Assembly (NCBI GenBank): GCA_001304105.1
Contig: LJUR01000006.1
Coordinates: forward strand, 1-60,017
Direction of reading: 5' to 3'
DNA from: Deltaproteobacteria bacterium SM23_61
GTDB lineage: Bacteria > Desulfobacterota > SM23-61
DNA length: 60,017 nt
The translations under genes were made by a program, and so were the position numbers. The first letter of the stretch is position 1. Each line of letters begins with the position of its first letter. The notes beneath the pieces are model-generated. The model worked only from the letters and a program-made list of their open reading frames with translations. It was not told the DNA's origin and ran no database searches. This document shows, piece after piece, positions 1 through 7,812 of this stretch.

Positions 1-874
1 TCGGATACTGGGCGCCCTTGCGGTGTTCCGGGTTATGCTGCCAATTCTGTTTGTTGCCGGTCTCCTTCTTCTGGTATTTCTGGGAATTATTGTAATTGTT
101 CTGCGTGAAAGTGTTTTGTTTATTCACGTTGACATCGACCTCATTGTTTCCCCAGCCACACCCCCAGCCGCCATAACCACCCCAAGCCGCTCCTACGGCC
201 ACACCTACCGCAAAGGAAAACGCTGCTGTCGCCGCATAACCGTAAGGATAGACCGGGTACGGGGGATAGGCCGGGTACGCCCACACCCCGTAAACAACTG
301 TCGGGTTATACGCTGGGACATATACCACCTGTGGGTTTGCAGGCTCGATGACAATCACTTTCGTCTGTTCCTCGACAATGACCTTCTGTTCCTTTGTGGT
401 CTTGAGATTTCCCGATTCTTGTGCCTTCTGTCGGAGGCGCTGGACCGAAGTCATGACGTCCTTCTGCTGGCTGAGGAAGGCGTTACCGAGTTTCTCGGTC
501 CATTCGAGTTTCTCGTTCATCATCGCTAAGACATCGGGAAACTCAAGCATCGCCTTCACGCTCGGGTCCCAGTCCTTGTCCTTCGCTGCCGCCATGAGCT
601 TTTCGCCCTTGAGATCCTTGTTCTGCTGGACAAACCGCGCCGCCTGCACAATCTCAAGGGGGTAGGTCGATGCCGCAAGGACCTGTGCCAATAGGTTATC
701 AGGATAAAGGGCGATGGGTGCCATCAACTGATCAATCTCTTCCGGCCTGAAGGCAGGCGCCCCCTCCTGCGTCGTTTCCCCCTTATCCCCCTGTGCCATC
801 AGTCCGGGAGGTACCGCAAGGATCATGCAGAGAAATAGAACCATTACCATCTGAAAAACCGTCACTTTCTTCAT
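1..874 (-). CDS. DUF3300-family secreted protein (3' end runs off the window)
   Basis: ATG at 874..872 is preceded by GGAGGAA. Hand translation gives MKKVTVFQMVMVLFLCMILAVPPGLMAQ (signal peptide), then APIALYPDNLLAQVLAASTYPLEIVQAARF and WDPSVKAMLEFPDVL blocks typical of DUF3300, then a Gly/Tyr/Trp-rich tail. It is absent from the ORF track because no stop lies inside the window. Confidence 0.75.
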   Translation of the reverse strand, partial: MKKVTVFQMVMVLFLCMILAVPPGLMAQGDKGETTQEGAPAFRPEEIDQLMAPIALYPDNLLAQVLAASTYPLEIVQAARFVQQNKDLKGEKLMAAAKDKDWDPSVKAMLEFPDVLAMMNEKLEWTEKLGNAFLSQQKDVMTSVQRLRQKAQESGNLKTTKEQKVIVEEQTKVIVIEPANPQVVYVPAYNPTVVYGVWAYPAYPPYPVYPYGYAATAAFSFAVGVAVGAAWGGYGGWGCGWGNNEVDVNVNKQNTFTQNNYNNSQKYQKKETGNKQNWQHNPEHRKGAQYP

Positions 875-979
875 AATGTTCCTCCTTGATGAATCATTCC
901 TAATTCAATACTACTTCTTCCTCCTTACATTGCCAGTGAAGAAAACCCTCTATGCCTGGCGCCAAGATGGATCTACCCA

Positions 980-1660
980 CTACTTTTTCAGCAGTTTCTC
1001 GGCAAGCTTCACTTCGACTTTCCATCCCCTCGCCTCCGATGCGCTGCAAGCGACAGGATCCAAAGTCCCTCCAATCCAGAACTCCTTCTCTTTCCCCCGT
1101 TGCCTTATTTGGTGTGGTCCGTGTGGCAGAGAAGGCACTCCATATGGCCCTGCTGTTGGTTCATTCCTTCCTTGTATTCCAAATAGCCTTCCGGCCCGTG
1201 GCACTGAACACAATGGGTGATTTCCTTCGACGGCGTCCATTTTGCAGGCTTCCATGGCATTTATGGTCAGGATCCCGAGCGAAGGAGGGGAGTCGATAAG
1301 GATGAAACCGTATTTCTTCCTGACGGGCCTTAAGGCATCCTTCAACGTCCGATTCCATCCTATTCCCCCCGGCAACTCGCATCCTGCGAGGTCAAGGTTC
1401 GCTGGAAAGAGGTCAACCCTCTCGATCTTCGTCTGCACGGTCAAGGCCGCAAGGTCTACATCATCTTTCAGCATCAGGTCGTAGGTCGTCACAGTGAAGG
1501 CATCGGGATCCAGGCCGCAACTCACCGTGAGGCCAGCCTGTGCGTCGAGGTCGACCATGAGAACCCTGTACCCCCGTTCGGCCAAAGTGGCAGCGAGATT
1601 ATATGTCGTCGTAGACTTTCCAACTCCTCCCTTCTGATTTGCCACGGCCATTATTTTCAT
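980..1660 (-). pseudogene. ParA/Soj-like ATPase, central part replaced (chimeric relic)
   Basis: The first ~135 aa are clean ParA (KGGVGKSTT deviant Walker A, DLDAQ, LIDSPPSLGILTINAMEA). The next ~55 aa have no ParA character, and the same DNA in another frame encodes haem-c motifs. The last ~30 aa (TLDPVACSASEA..LAEKLLKK) only weakly resemble a ParA C-terminus. Confidence 0.55.
1105..1260 (-). other. 51-codon ORF with two CXXCH haem-c motifs (multihaem cytochrome c fragment, no signal peptide)
   Basis: Hand translation of the alternative frame gives MPWKPAKWTPSKEITHCVQCHGPEGYLEYKEGMNQQQGHMECLLCHTDHTK*. It is preceded directly by TAA and has no Shine-Dalgarno. Two CXXCH motifs in 51 aa are unlikely by chance. 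Confidence 0.35.
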
Positions 1661-1908
1661 TTCTGCTCAAGACCTCCTGTCGGAATAATCAGCGTTCCTT
1701 TCTCCGCCACAGCCTTAATGTTTGCCTTATGCTGAGGAAGCTTCATGCGTCTCCTTTCTCCCTTACTACAGGACTCCTGAAGGAGGCATCTCGGCATGCG
1801 AACCAGCCCCGTCCTCCTGGATGCACCTGATTTATTGCATGCCGCCGTCACCAGCTCAATAGCATCGGCTGGGCATCCATTCACGCACACTCCACATCCG
1901 ATGCACAC
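1657..1908 (-). pseudogene. 4Fe-4S ferredoxin-domain stub (5'-truncated)
   Basis: The reading frame opens immediately after the rhodanese stop codon with VCIGCGVCVNGCPADAIEL (CxxCxxCxxxCP cluster motif). The remaining ~60 aa are featureless and there is no plausible N-terminus. Confidence 0.4.
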
Positions 1909-1914
1909 GCTCCA

Positions 1915-2586
1915 CTATTGTGTTTGCTTAGATGCGGCTTCTTCAAGGATGATCTTCTCGGGATCAATGTCATAGACCCAGGGGGCCGAGTTCTTCCAGC
2001 CGTTCCTCATCCTCTTCCCGTAAAAGACGCTTTCGGGATCCGTCACCTTGTCTCCTTCCATCCCGTCAGTGATGTTGTAAGCGTTTTTAAAGCCGGCTGC
2101 CGCGAGCAGGTTGACGGCCCTGGCGCTGCGATCACCTGACCGGCACATTACCAACAGGGTATCGGTCGGCTTCGCGATATTTGTCACTTCGGCGACAAAA
2201 TCCGGATTCATCTTCGGGCCGTATTCAGTTTTGCCCTCCTTTCTCTGATAAGTCACAAAGGCAAAGGGAATGTTCCACGCCATCTCCGGGTGGCCGATGA
2301 AGGCGTACTCCCCAGGAGTCCGCACGTCGATGACCTTCACCTTGTCCGGTGCGGCTTTCCACTTTTCGTAGGCCTGCGCGGCGGTCACATAGAGACCAAG
2401 GGTGGTTTGTTTGCTTTTGGGAAGCTGGCGGTCCGCGGCCACGGAAGCGGGCTTCCCGGTTTCCGCTCCAACAGCGCTCCCAGTGGCCACGAAGCCGATG
2501 GCGGTAGCCAGGATCAGAGACACCAAAGCCAGCTTGCCCGCGTAACAGTTCCTAAACATTTCTGCATTGAGTTCATTCATATTCAT
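1915..2586 (-). CDS. Rhodanese-domain sulfurtransferase, secreted
   Basis: N-terminal hydrophobic signal-like segment. Rhodanese fold blocks VIDVRTPGEYAFIGH and active-site loop CRSGDRSA, followed by NITDGMEGD. Confidence 0.85.
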   Translation of the reverse strand: MNMNELNAEMFRNCYAGKLALVSLILATAIGFVATGSAVGAETGKPASVAADRQLPKSKQTTLGLYVTAAQAYEKWKAAPDKVKVIDVRTPGEYAFIGHPEMAWNIPFAFVTYQRKEGKTEYGPKMNPDFVAEVTNIAKPTDTLLVMCRSGDRSARAVNLLAAAGFKNAYNITDGMEGDKVTDPESVFYGKRMRNGWKNSAPWVYDIDPEKIILEEAASKQTQ

Positions 2587-2711
2587 TTCTTCCTCTCCTT
2601 GTTTTTTTACGTATCACCGGACCGGAGGTCATGACGGTTTCTTTTTTAGCCACGCCCGGCTCCCCACACCATGCTCTCTTTTGACTGCATTCCCGACCAC
2701 GCTTCCTCGAT

Positions 2712-3239
2712 TCACTGGTCGTCTCTTCTCCGGAAAAAGAGAGTCCTTATTTTGCCCTCTCCTAACACCCGCCCCAACTCCCTGAAGGCGAAGAAGGGAA
2801 TAAAAGCTACGAAAACGACCAGACACCCGGCGAGTAATTCATGGAATCCTTTCCCAAAAAAGTTAACGAGACCTGCCGCGAGCCCCTTCCCATTCCAAAG
2901 GTTCTTGATCACATGCTCGATGAGGGTAAAGGCACCCACAAAGACACTGAAGACGAGCGTCTTTAAAAGGGTAGAATAAATCAAGGGCTTATGTTCAAGG
3001 CGGCGGCCGAGGTGGAGCACATCTCCGATCATGACGACTTTTGCAAGAATCAACGCTTCGATCACGGCCACCCAGTAATTCGTGTAAGTGATATCATGGG
3101 CAGCCAGAACAAATCGTCGGTACTGCGTAAAAGCCGCGAACACGAGGGCGAGATAAACGACATTTATCCAGTATTCGACCATCTCATGGAATATTTTTTC
3201 CTTTAAGTTCCATTTTTTCTTTTCTGGGCTGCTCATCAT
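2712..3239 (-). CDS. Hypothetical integral membrane protein (about 4 TM)
   Basis: 175-aa ORF with several long hydrophobic segments. GGGAGGAAC lies upstream of the ATG. No recognisable family motif. Confidence 0.55.
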   Translation of the reverse strand: MMSSPEKKKWNLKEKIFHEMVEYWINVVYLALVFAAFTQYRRFVLAAHDITYTNYWVAVIEALILAKVVMIGDVLHLGRRLEHKPLIYSTLLKTLVFSVFVGAFTLIEHVIKNLWNGKGLAAGLVNFFGKGFHELLAGCLVVFVAFIPFFAFRELGRVLGEGKIRTLFFRRRDDQ

Positions 3240-3273
3240 CTATGTTCCTCCCACGAAACATCGTTACCCCTGC

Positions 3274-3486
3274 TCAGGTGATCAGTGGCACGTTCAAATC
3301 TGTCGCCACGAGGAGGCTCGACTCTTTCTCAATCACGCCCCCAATATGGTAGGGCAGCCCGCAATTCGCGTACGAAACATACGGCCCGCGTTCCACCATG
3401 AGGATTTCCACTTTTTCATCCAACCTGCGCAGGCGCGCCGCACACGATGCGCCACCGGCCACTCCACCAACGATGATGACTTTCAT
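3274..3486 (-). pseudogene. N-terminal 70-aa stub of a CoA-disulfide reductase / NADH oxidase-type pyridine nucleotide-disulfide oxidoreductase
   Basis: MKVIIVGGVAGGASCAARLRRL (FAD GxGxxG) and redox-active SYANCGLPY are intact. The frame then stops after ~70 aa, where full-length enzymes have >430 aa. Confidence 0.7.
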
Positions 3487-3786
3487 TGTCTTCCCTCCTT
3501 ATCCTGTTGGTCTTACTTACTTTCACTATTTGTAATGGAAACCGAATTTCGAAGAACGCTTACTGCCGAAAGAGCGCTGCGATCAAAGCCAGAATTCCAA
3601 GAGTCGATATCAAAGTCGCGAGTACCAATGCAAGCGACATCTGCATTCCTGTATATGATCGCCTTGTCCTGCCAATGGGCATCTCCCACATACGAGTCAA
3701 AAATTCTTCCGACGTTGATTTACAAACTCTTCAAGGCCTGTTCCGTAAATTCAGGAGCGATCCAATCGCTGCCCTTGAAGTCGTTC

Positions 3787-4290
3787 TTACGGAACGAGGG
3801 GGACTCCCGCCGCAAGTTCGTACTTCACGGCGGCCCGGATCTTGTTCTCGATCTGCAGATAGCGAGCAACCTTCTTCTGGGGCAGCACCTTTCTCAGTTT
3901 CGGAACAGATGCCGCCTTGAGCCCTGCTTCAGCCTGTTCGATGGCGACCAATTCATCAATAAGCTTCTTAGCCTTCTCATCGGTGAGGGTATTTGCTCGA
4001 TAGTCTGCGGCGTAGCTCTCGATGAGCTTGCCGATCCGCTGGTTGATCGCTGTCAGGTCCTTCTGATATTCCTCGTAGACGGGCCAGAAACCCTTCGCCT
4101 CTGACTCCGTCAGGTCCATGTTGGCCGCAACAACGAGCTTCTTGTCCGCCTTGATCTTCTCGCGCAAGATCTGCATGTTGTCAGCCGGTTTGTCCTGCGT
4201 CATCGCAGGGACGGGGAAAGCTGCGATTGCGACCATCAATGCAGTTACAATGAAAAGTACCCACAGTGCCTTAACGGTTCTTATGCTCAT
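3787..4290 (-). CDS. Hypothetical periplasmic helical protein
   Basis: 167-aa ORF with a signal peptide (ALWVLFIVTALMVAIAAFPVPAMTQD). It is rich in charged, helix-forming residues. No family assigned. Confidence 0.6.
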   Translation of the reverse strand: MSIRTVKALWVLFIVTALMVAIAAFPVPAMTQDKPADNMQILREKIKADKKLVVAANMDLTESEAKGFWPVYEEYQKDLTAINQRIGKLIESYAADYRANTLTDEKAKKLIDELVAIEQAEAGLKAASVPKLRKVLPQKKVARYLQIENKIRAAVKYELAAGVPLVP

Positions 4291-4365
4291 ATTGCCTCCT
4301 TTTGAATTTATTTCCTAAGCAGAGTAAAAGCCATATTTTTAGATGCGTTAGTAGATACGGGGAGA

Positions 4366-4569
4366 TCAGCTTCTTGATTCCATCGCCCTGTGGTTTACTT
4401 GAACGAAATAGATGCTTCGCACGTGGCAACCGTCTCCAATCACTTCTCTCGCCCAGTTTAGGATGGACCCGTCAGTTATTCTCTCTGGGTTACGCCTTCT
4501 CTCGGGCAAGATGGCGATTAAATGATCCTTCCCGTCTTCGCCCATGCAGTAAAATTGATAAGCCAACAT
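4366..4569 (-). CDS. Small hypothetical protein (67 aa)
   Basis: ORF only (MLAYQFYCMGEDGKDHLIAILPERRRNPERIT...). It is co-directional with its neighbours. Confidence 0.35.
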   Translation of the reverse strand: MLAYQFYCMGEDGKDHLIAILPERRRNPERITDGSILNWAREVIGDGCHVRSIYFVQVNHRAMESRS

Positions 4570-4683
4570 AGATGAATTACCCCTTTCATCATGAATCTTT
4601 TGAGGACATTCTCGGACGATTGTTTTCTTCCCCTCTATGAACTGCCCAGAGATCTTGGTGGTGGGGGCTCCACTTGAGCCGCC

Positions 4684-4911
4684 TCACCGTCGGAGGGCTC
4701 CAACAGCCATCGAACTCCTGTTCTCCAAAACGATTCGATCGACAATGTCTCCGCAGCAGATACACCTGCACCCCCAAAATTGTTCCTCGAGGCCAAAGTA
4801 TTTTTCGTAAACCATGATGCTTCCACATCGACGACATCTCAGTTGACATCTCAGTTGACCATCCAGACCCATTTCATTGGACTTCACAGGCTGTCTTTCT
4901 GGTATTTTCAT
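4684..4911 (-). CDS. Small Cys-rich zinc-ribbon protein (75 aa)
   Basis: RCRRCGS...WGCRCICCGD gives two Cys pairs or clusters. It contains an in-frame 12-bp tandem duplication (QLRCQLRC). Confidence 0.5.
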   Translation of the reverse strand: MKIPERQPVKSNEMGLDGQLRCQLRCRRCGSIMVYEKYFGLEEQFWGCRCICCGDIVDRIVLENRSSMAVGALRR

Positions 4912-4975
4912 CGTTTCACCTCTCTCAGTCGGGACAAGTGATTGTTGACAGGAGGAAATCAGTAAAGTAGTGAGT

Positions 4976-5023
4976 GGACAGGGCAGGGGGCAGGTGAGGA
5001 GGAGCCAGCCCCCTGCCCTGTCC
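4976..5023 (-). terminator. Perfect 16-bp stem hairpin downstream of the orphan receiver gene
   Basis: GGACAGGGCAGGGGGC (4976-4991) / 16-nt loop / GCCCCCTGCCCTGTCC (5008-5023). The trailing sequence on the minus strand is only moderately U-rich. Confidence 0.35.
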
Positions 5024-5049
5024 GTGCTCTTTGTAGAGAATCCCGCTGT

Positions 5050-5454
5050 TCATGGTACTGCCAGTTTGTTACGACCTTTCCTTTCAATGGCCCACCAGAT
5101 GGCGTCCAAAAGGGCCTGATCATCAACAGGCTTTCGGAAGAAAACGACCGCTCCCAGCTCCCTTGCGTGTTCTCGGGTCTCCGCGTCATCATGCGCGGAG
5201 ATCGCAATCACCGGAATCCCTATTCGTTCCGTAACGAGTCTCTCCAGGAGATCAAAACCGGTTAAACCGGGCATTCGTATATCGATAATGATGCAGGCGT
5301 TTTCTTTTTGCTTTGGGCTGCTCAAGAACTCCTCGGCGGACGAAAACGTTTCTGCATCGAGGTCGGCGGATCGCAAAAGCCTTCCGAATGCTTTGCGAAC
5401 CGATGCATCATCGTCGATCACATAAATCAGGCTTCGCTTCTTCTCCGCGGACAC
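5050..5454 (-). CDS. Single-domain response regulator (receiver only)
   Basis: VIDDDASVRK, phospho-acceptor context IIIDIRMPGLTG, and the conserved K in FFRKP. Confidence 0.9.
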   Translation of the reverse strand: MSAEKKRSLIYVIDDDASVRKAFGRLLRSADLDAETFSSAEEFLSSPKQKENACIIIDIRMPGLTGFDLLERLVTERIGIPVIAISAHDDAETREHARELGAVVFFRKPVDDQALLDAIWWAIERKGRNKLAVP

Positions 5455-5770
5455 CTTTCACCTTTGGGCTTCGTGCTGGGAAAAATGAATGACTGATTCA
5501 CAGAATAGAAAAATGTGAAGGGGATGTCTATGGGACGTTGGTCTTATATGAGGGGCAAGTGGGGAGTGGCAAGTGGCAAGAAAGAAGAGTGACAAGTCTC
5601 GACTGGCAAGTGGTGAGGGGAAGTAAAAATGTTTAGGATTGAGTGTCAGGGGAAAATAAAAAATGTCGAGTGAAGAGTGTCGGGTGTCAAGGGCACAAAT
5701 ACAATAATCAGCTTGCCCTACGTAGCTCGAAGAGCGAAGTGGGGTGATCCGTGATTGGTATTTAGGAGAT

Positions 5771-6160
5771 TCAGCCCGGTTTTTTCATGAAACCCGCTGC
5801 TGCTTTTCTTAATTTTCTGTCCAGCGTAACAAGTTCCGCGGAGAGATGGATCGCAAGCCAAAGATAGCTGGCGTCGTAAGTCGTGAGACCAACCTCCGTT
5901 GCCAACTCTATGACAGCTGAATGATCCACCTCAACCATTTCAACAGAAAGATGTGTACCAAACCTGAAAGCCTTCAAAATCTGGTCTGTCTGTTTGGGGT
6001 AACTCATGAGCTTTCGGAGACAGATACTGGCAAGTTCAAACCAGAGTAAGGCTGGCGCAACGAGAGGACCATTCGAAAGAGCTTTCACCATCTCCTCAGC
6101 CTTTGGCTCACCGAAAACGAGGGCTCCGAGAGCAGAAGCATCAACGACGCGAACGGGCAT
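5771..6160 (-). CDS. vapC: PIN-domain toxin VapC
   Basis: 129 aa with N-terminal VVDASAL acidic motif and TYDASYLWLA. It overlaps the upstream antitoxin gene by 20 nt. Confidence 0.85.
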   Translation of the reverse strand: MPVRVVDASALGALVFGEPKAEEMVKALSNGPLVAPALLWFELASICLRKLMSYPKQTDQILKAFRFGTHLSVEMVEVDHSAVIELATEVGLTTYDASYLWLAIHLSAELVTLDRKLRKAAAGFMKKPG

Positions 6161-6386
6161 TTCGATCCTGCCTTATAAATTTGGTTGACTCCTGGCGTGT
6201 CTTGAGGCCAGATTTTCGCACTTCTGCCAACAATTCTTCGGGCGTAAAAGAGACCTCACTTGTCAAAGTCTCTTCCAGAATAGCTAACAGTTCACCCTGA
6301 AGCGATCGATGATGTCGGGTTGCTCGACGGCGGAGTTGTTCAGCAATGTGCTCCGGAACATATTTAATTGACAGATTTACAGGCAT
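6141..6386 (-). CDS. vapB: Ribbon-helix-helix (FitA/Arc-like) antitoxin VapB
   Basis: MPVNLSIKYVPEHIAEQLRRRATRHHRSLQGELLAILEE is a typical RHH N-terminus. GGGAGGAGGAA is the RBS. Confidence 0.8.
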   Translation of the reverse strand: MPVNLSIKYVPEHIAEQLRRRATRHHRSLQGELLAILEETLTSEVSFTPEELLAEVRKSGLKTRQESTKFIRQDRNARSRR

Positions 6387-6423
6387 CTATTCCTCCTCCC
6401 AAGATGAAATCTAGAATAGAACC

Positions 6424-6453
6424 ATTATAGTACCATTTTGGGATAATTATGAA
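6424..6453 (-). promoter_or_regulatory. Candidate sigma-70 promoter of vapBC
   Basis: On the minus strand: TTCATA, 18 nt, TATAAT (the -10 at 6429..6424), about 35 nt upstream of the vapB ATG. ACCATT direct repeats overlap the -10. Confidence 0.3.
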
Positions 6454-6635
6454 ACCATCCGGCAGAAAAGTCAACCCCCTCAACTCTGCGATCTGGAAAC
6501 CGGGGTAGGACAGGACTCGGAAACTCACGAAGAGGAGTTTCTAAGCGATATTTTCAGAGATGTTCGAGACAAATTCTCAGGTGACTAACTGTCGACCGAT
6601 TACTGATCACTGATTAGATAACTGATTACTGGTTA

Positions 6636-7268
6636 CTATTTATATTCTGGAGGTTCAATTCCTGCTTTCTCGGCCAAGCGGACTAACTCGGCGACCGAGT
6701 TGACGGAAAGCTTTTCCATGACACGGCCGCGATGGATTTTGACGGTTTTTTCGGCAATGTCAAGCTTTAAAGCGATCTGTTTGTTCAGCATGCCGGTGAT
6801 GACATGACGAAGGATTTCATGTTCGCGCGGAGTGAGCATGTCAATGCGTCTGCGGATGTCATGTACCTTCGCGCGCTCCGCTTTCACACTCCTGTCTTTT
6901 TCGATGGCCTCCCTCACCGCCTGCAGAAGTTCCTCGTCATCAAAAGGCTTGGCAAGGAAATTGACAGCGCCTTTTTTCATTGCCTGGACGCTCATGGGAA
7001 TGTTGCCGTGGCCGGTAATGAAAATGATGGGCATACTGTAATCGGCCCGGCTGAGCTCAACCTGCAAATCCATTCCGCTCAGTCCCGGCATCCGCACATC
7101 GAGAACGATACACCCGACCCCATCATAATGCTCACGCCTCAGGAACGAGTCAGCGGAGGCGAAAGCCTCTACGTTTAATCCCATTGAACGCAAAAGCCTT
7201 GATAGGCTTTTGCGGACGGACGCGTCATCGTCAATAACAAAAACAATGGGTTTAGGTGAAGGCATCAT
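6636..7268 (-). CDS. FixJ/NarL-family response regulator (REC + LuxR HTH)
   Basis: VIDDDASVRK, VLDVRMPGLSG, and C-terminal LTPREHEILRHVITGMLNKQIALKLDIAEKTVKIHRGRVMEKL. Start moved to MMPSPKP (7268) because the 29 upstream codons of the track ORF are read from the AGTGGCAAG word repeat. Confidence 0.9.
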   Translation of the reverse strand: MMPSPKPIVFVIDDDASVRKSLSRLLRSMGLNVEAFASADSFLRREHYDGVGCIVLDVRMPGLSGMDLQVELSRADYSMPIIFITGHGNIPMSVQAMKKGAVNFLAKPFDDEELLQAVREAIEKDRSVKAERAKVHDIRRRIDMLTPREHEILRHVITGMLNKQIALKLDIAEKTVKIHRGRVMEKLSVNSVAELVRLAEKAGIEPPEYK

Positions 7269-7274
7269 TTTTAA

Positions 7275-7812
7275 GTGGCTAGTGGCAAGTGGCAAAAAGA
7301 AAGTGGCAAGGGAAAAAACCCCAAATACCACTCGGCACTTGTCACTTTTTTCCACTCGTTACTTATTGGCTAACCGTTTGATTGCCGAACTTAGCATCTT
7401 GTTAATTTCTTCTGCAAGTGCTACACGTTTCTTGATAACCTCTTCAGGAAGCCAAGCGTGCAATCTTTTATACCTACCCAGGGTTTCGCGCAGGGACCCT
7501 TTCGCAATGATCAGAAAACGCCTGTATTCTGTTGTGCTTTCTCGGCCATAGCCCTCCTCGATATTTGAACAGACTGAGTCAGCACTGGCCAGTTGCTGAC
7601 TGACAAGCCGATCGAGCCGTCGGTCCTGCAGCGATTGACTTATATCGTTAACAACCATGTCGAATAGCTCCAACGACTTCTGGTACGCCTTAAACTCCTC
7701 CAGTTTCCCGTTACTCATAATTTAGCGCCTAGTGTCTGGTGGCTAGTGGCATGTAACAAGGAATAATTCTATCCTCATTCTCACTTGCCACTTGCCACTG
7801 GTCACTTGCCAC
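7275..7812. mobile_element. IVS-like cassette: four-helix-bundle ORF flanked by word-repeat hairpins and 13-bp direct repeats
   Basis: GTGGCTAGTGGCA occurs at 7275-7287 and 7739-7751. Left flank AGTGGCAAGTGGCAA...CACTTGTCAC and right flank GTGGCTAGTGGCA...CACTTGCCACTTGCCAC are each self-complementary and complementary to each other. Confidence 0.5.
7359..7718 (-). CDS. Four-helix-bundle protein (23S rRNA intervening-sequence protein / Avd family)
   Basis: 119 aa. AYQKSLELFDMV, QQLASADSVCSNIEEGYGR, FLIIAKGSLRETL match the family's conserved helices. Confidence 0.85.
   Translation of the reverse strand: MSNGKLEEFKAYQKSLELFDMVVNDISQSLQDRRLDRLVSQQLASADSVCSNIEEGYGRESTTEYRRFLIIAKGSLRETLGRYKRLHAWLPEEVIKKRVALAEEINKMLSSAIKRLANK

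Noticed and set aside
23-665. Plus-strand ORFs 23..529 and 348..665.
   Set aside because: They are antisense to the DUF3300 gene, which has a signal peptide, an RBS and family motifs.
3560-3646. 28-aa hydrophobic ORF (MQMSLALVLATLISTLGILALIAALFRQ) on the minus strand in the 300-bp gap; considered as a small membrane peptide or type I toxin.
   Set aside because: It has only a weak AGGA upstream and no recognisable family. This length is easily produced by chance. It is left as a note rather than a feature.
4589-4849. 86-aa and 63-aa ORFs overlapping the zinc-ribbon ORF in other frames.
   Set aside because: The 75-aa frame has paired Cys motifs and a sensible start. The alternatives are Arg/Trp-rich with no features.
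5520-7812. CRISPR array considered because of regularly recurring short words here and at 11144, 14752, 23741 and 27013.
   Set aside because: The units are 6-9 nt stutters with no unique spacers of 25-40 nt and no repeat of CRISPR length. No cas genes are present.
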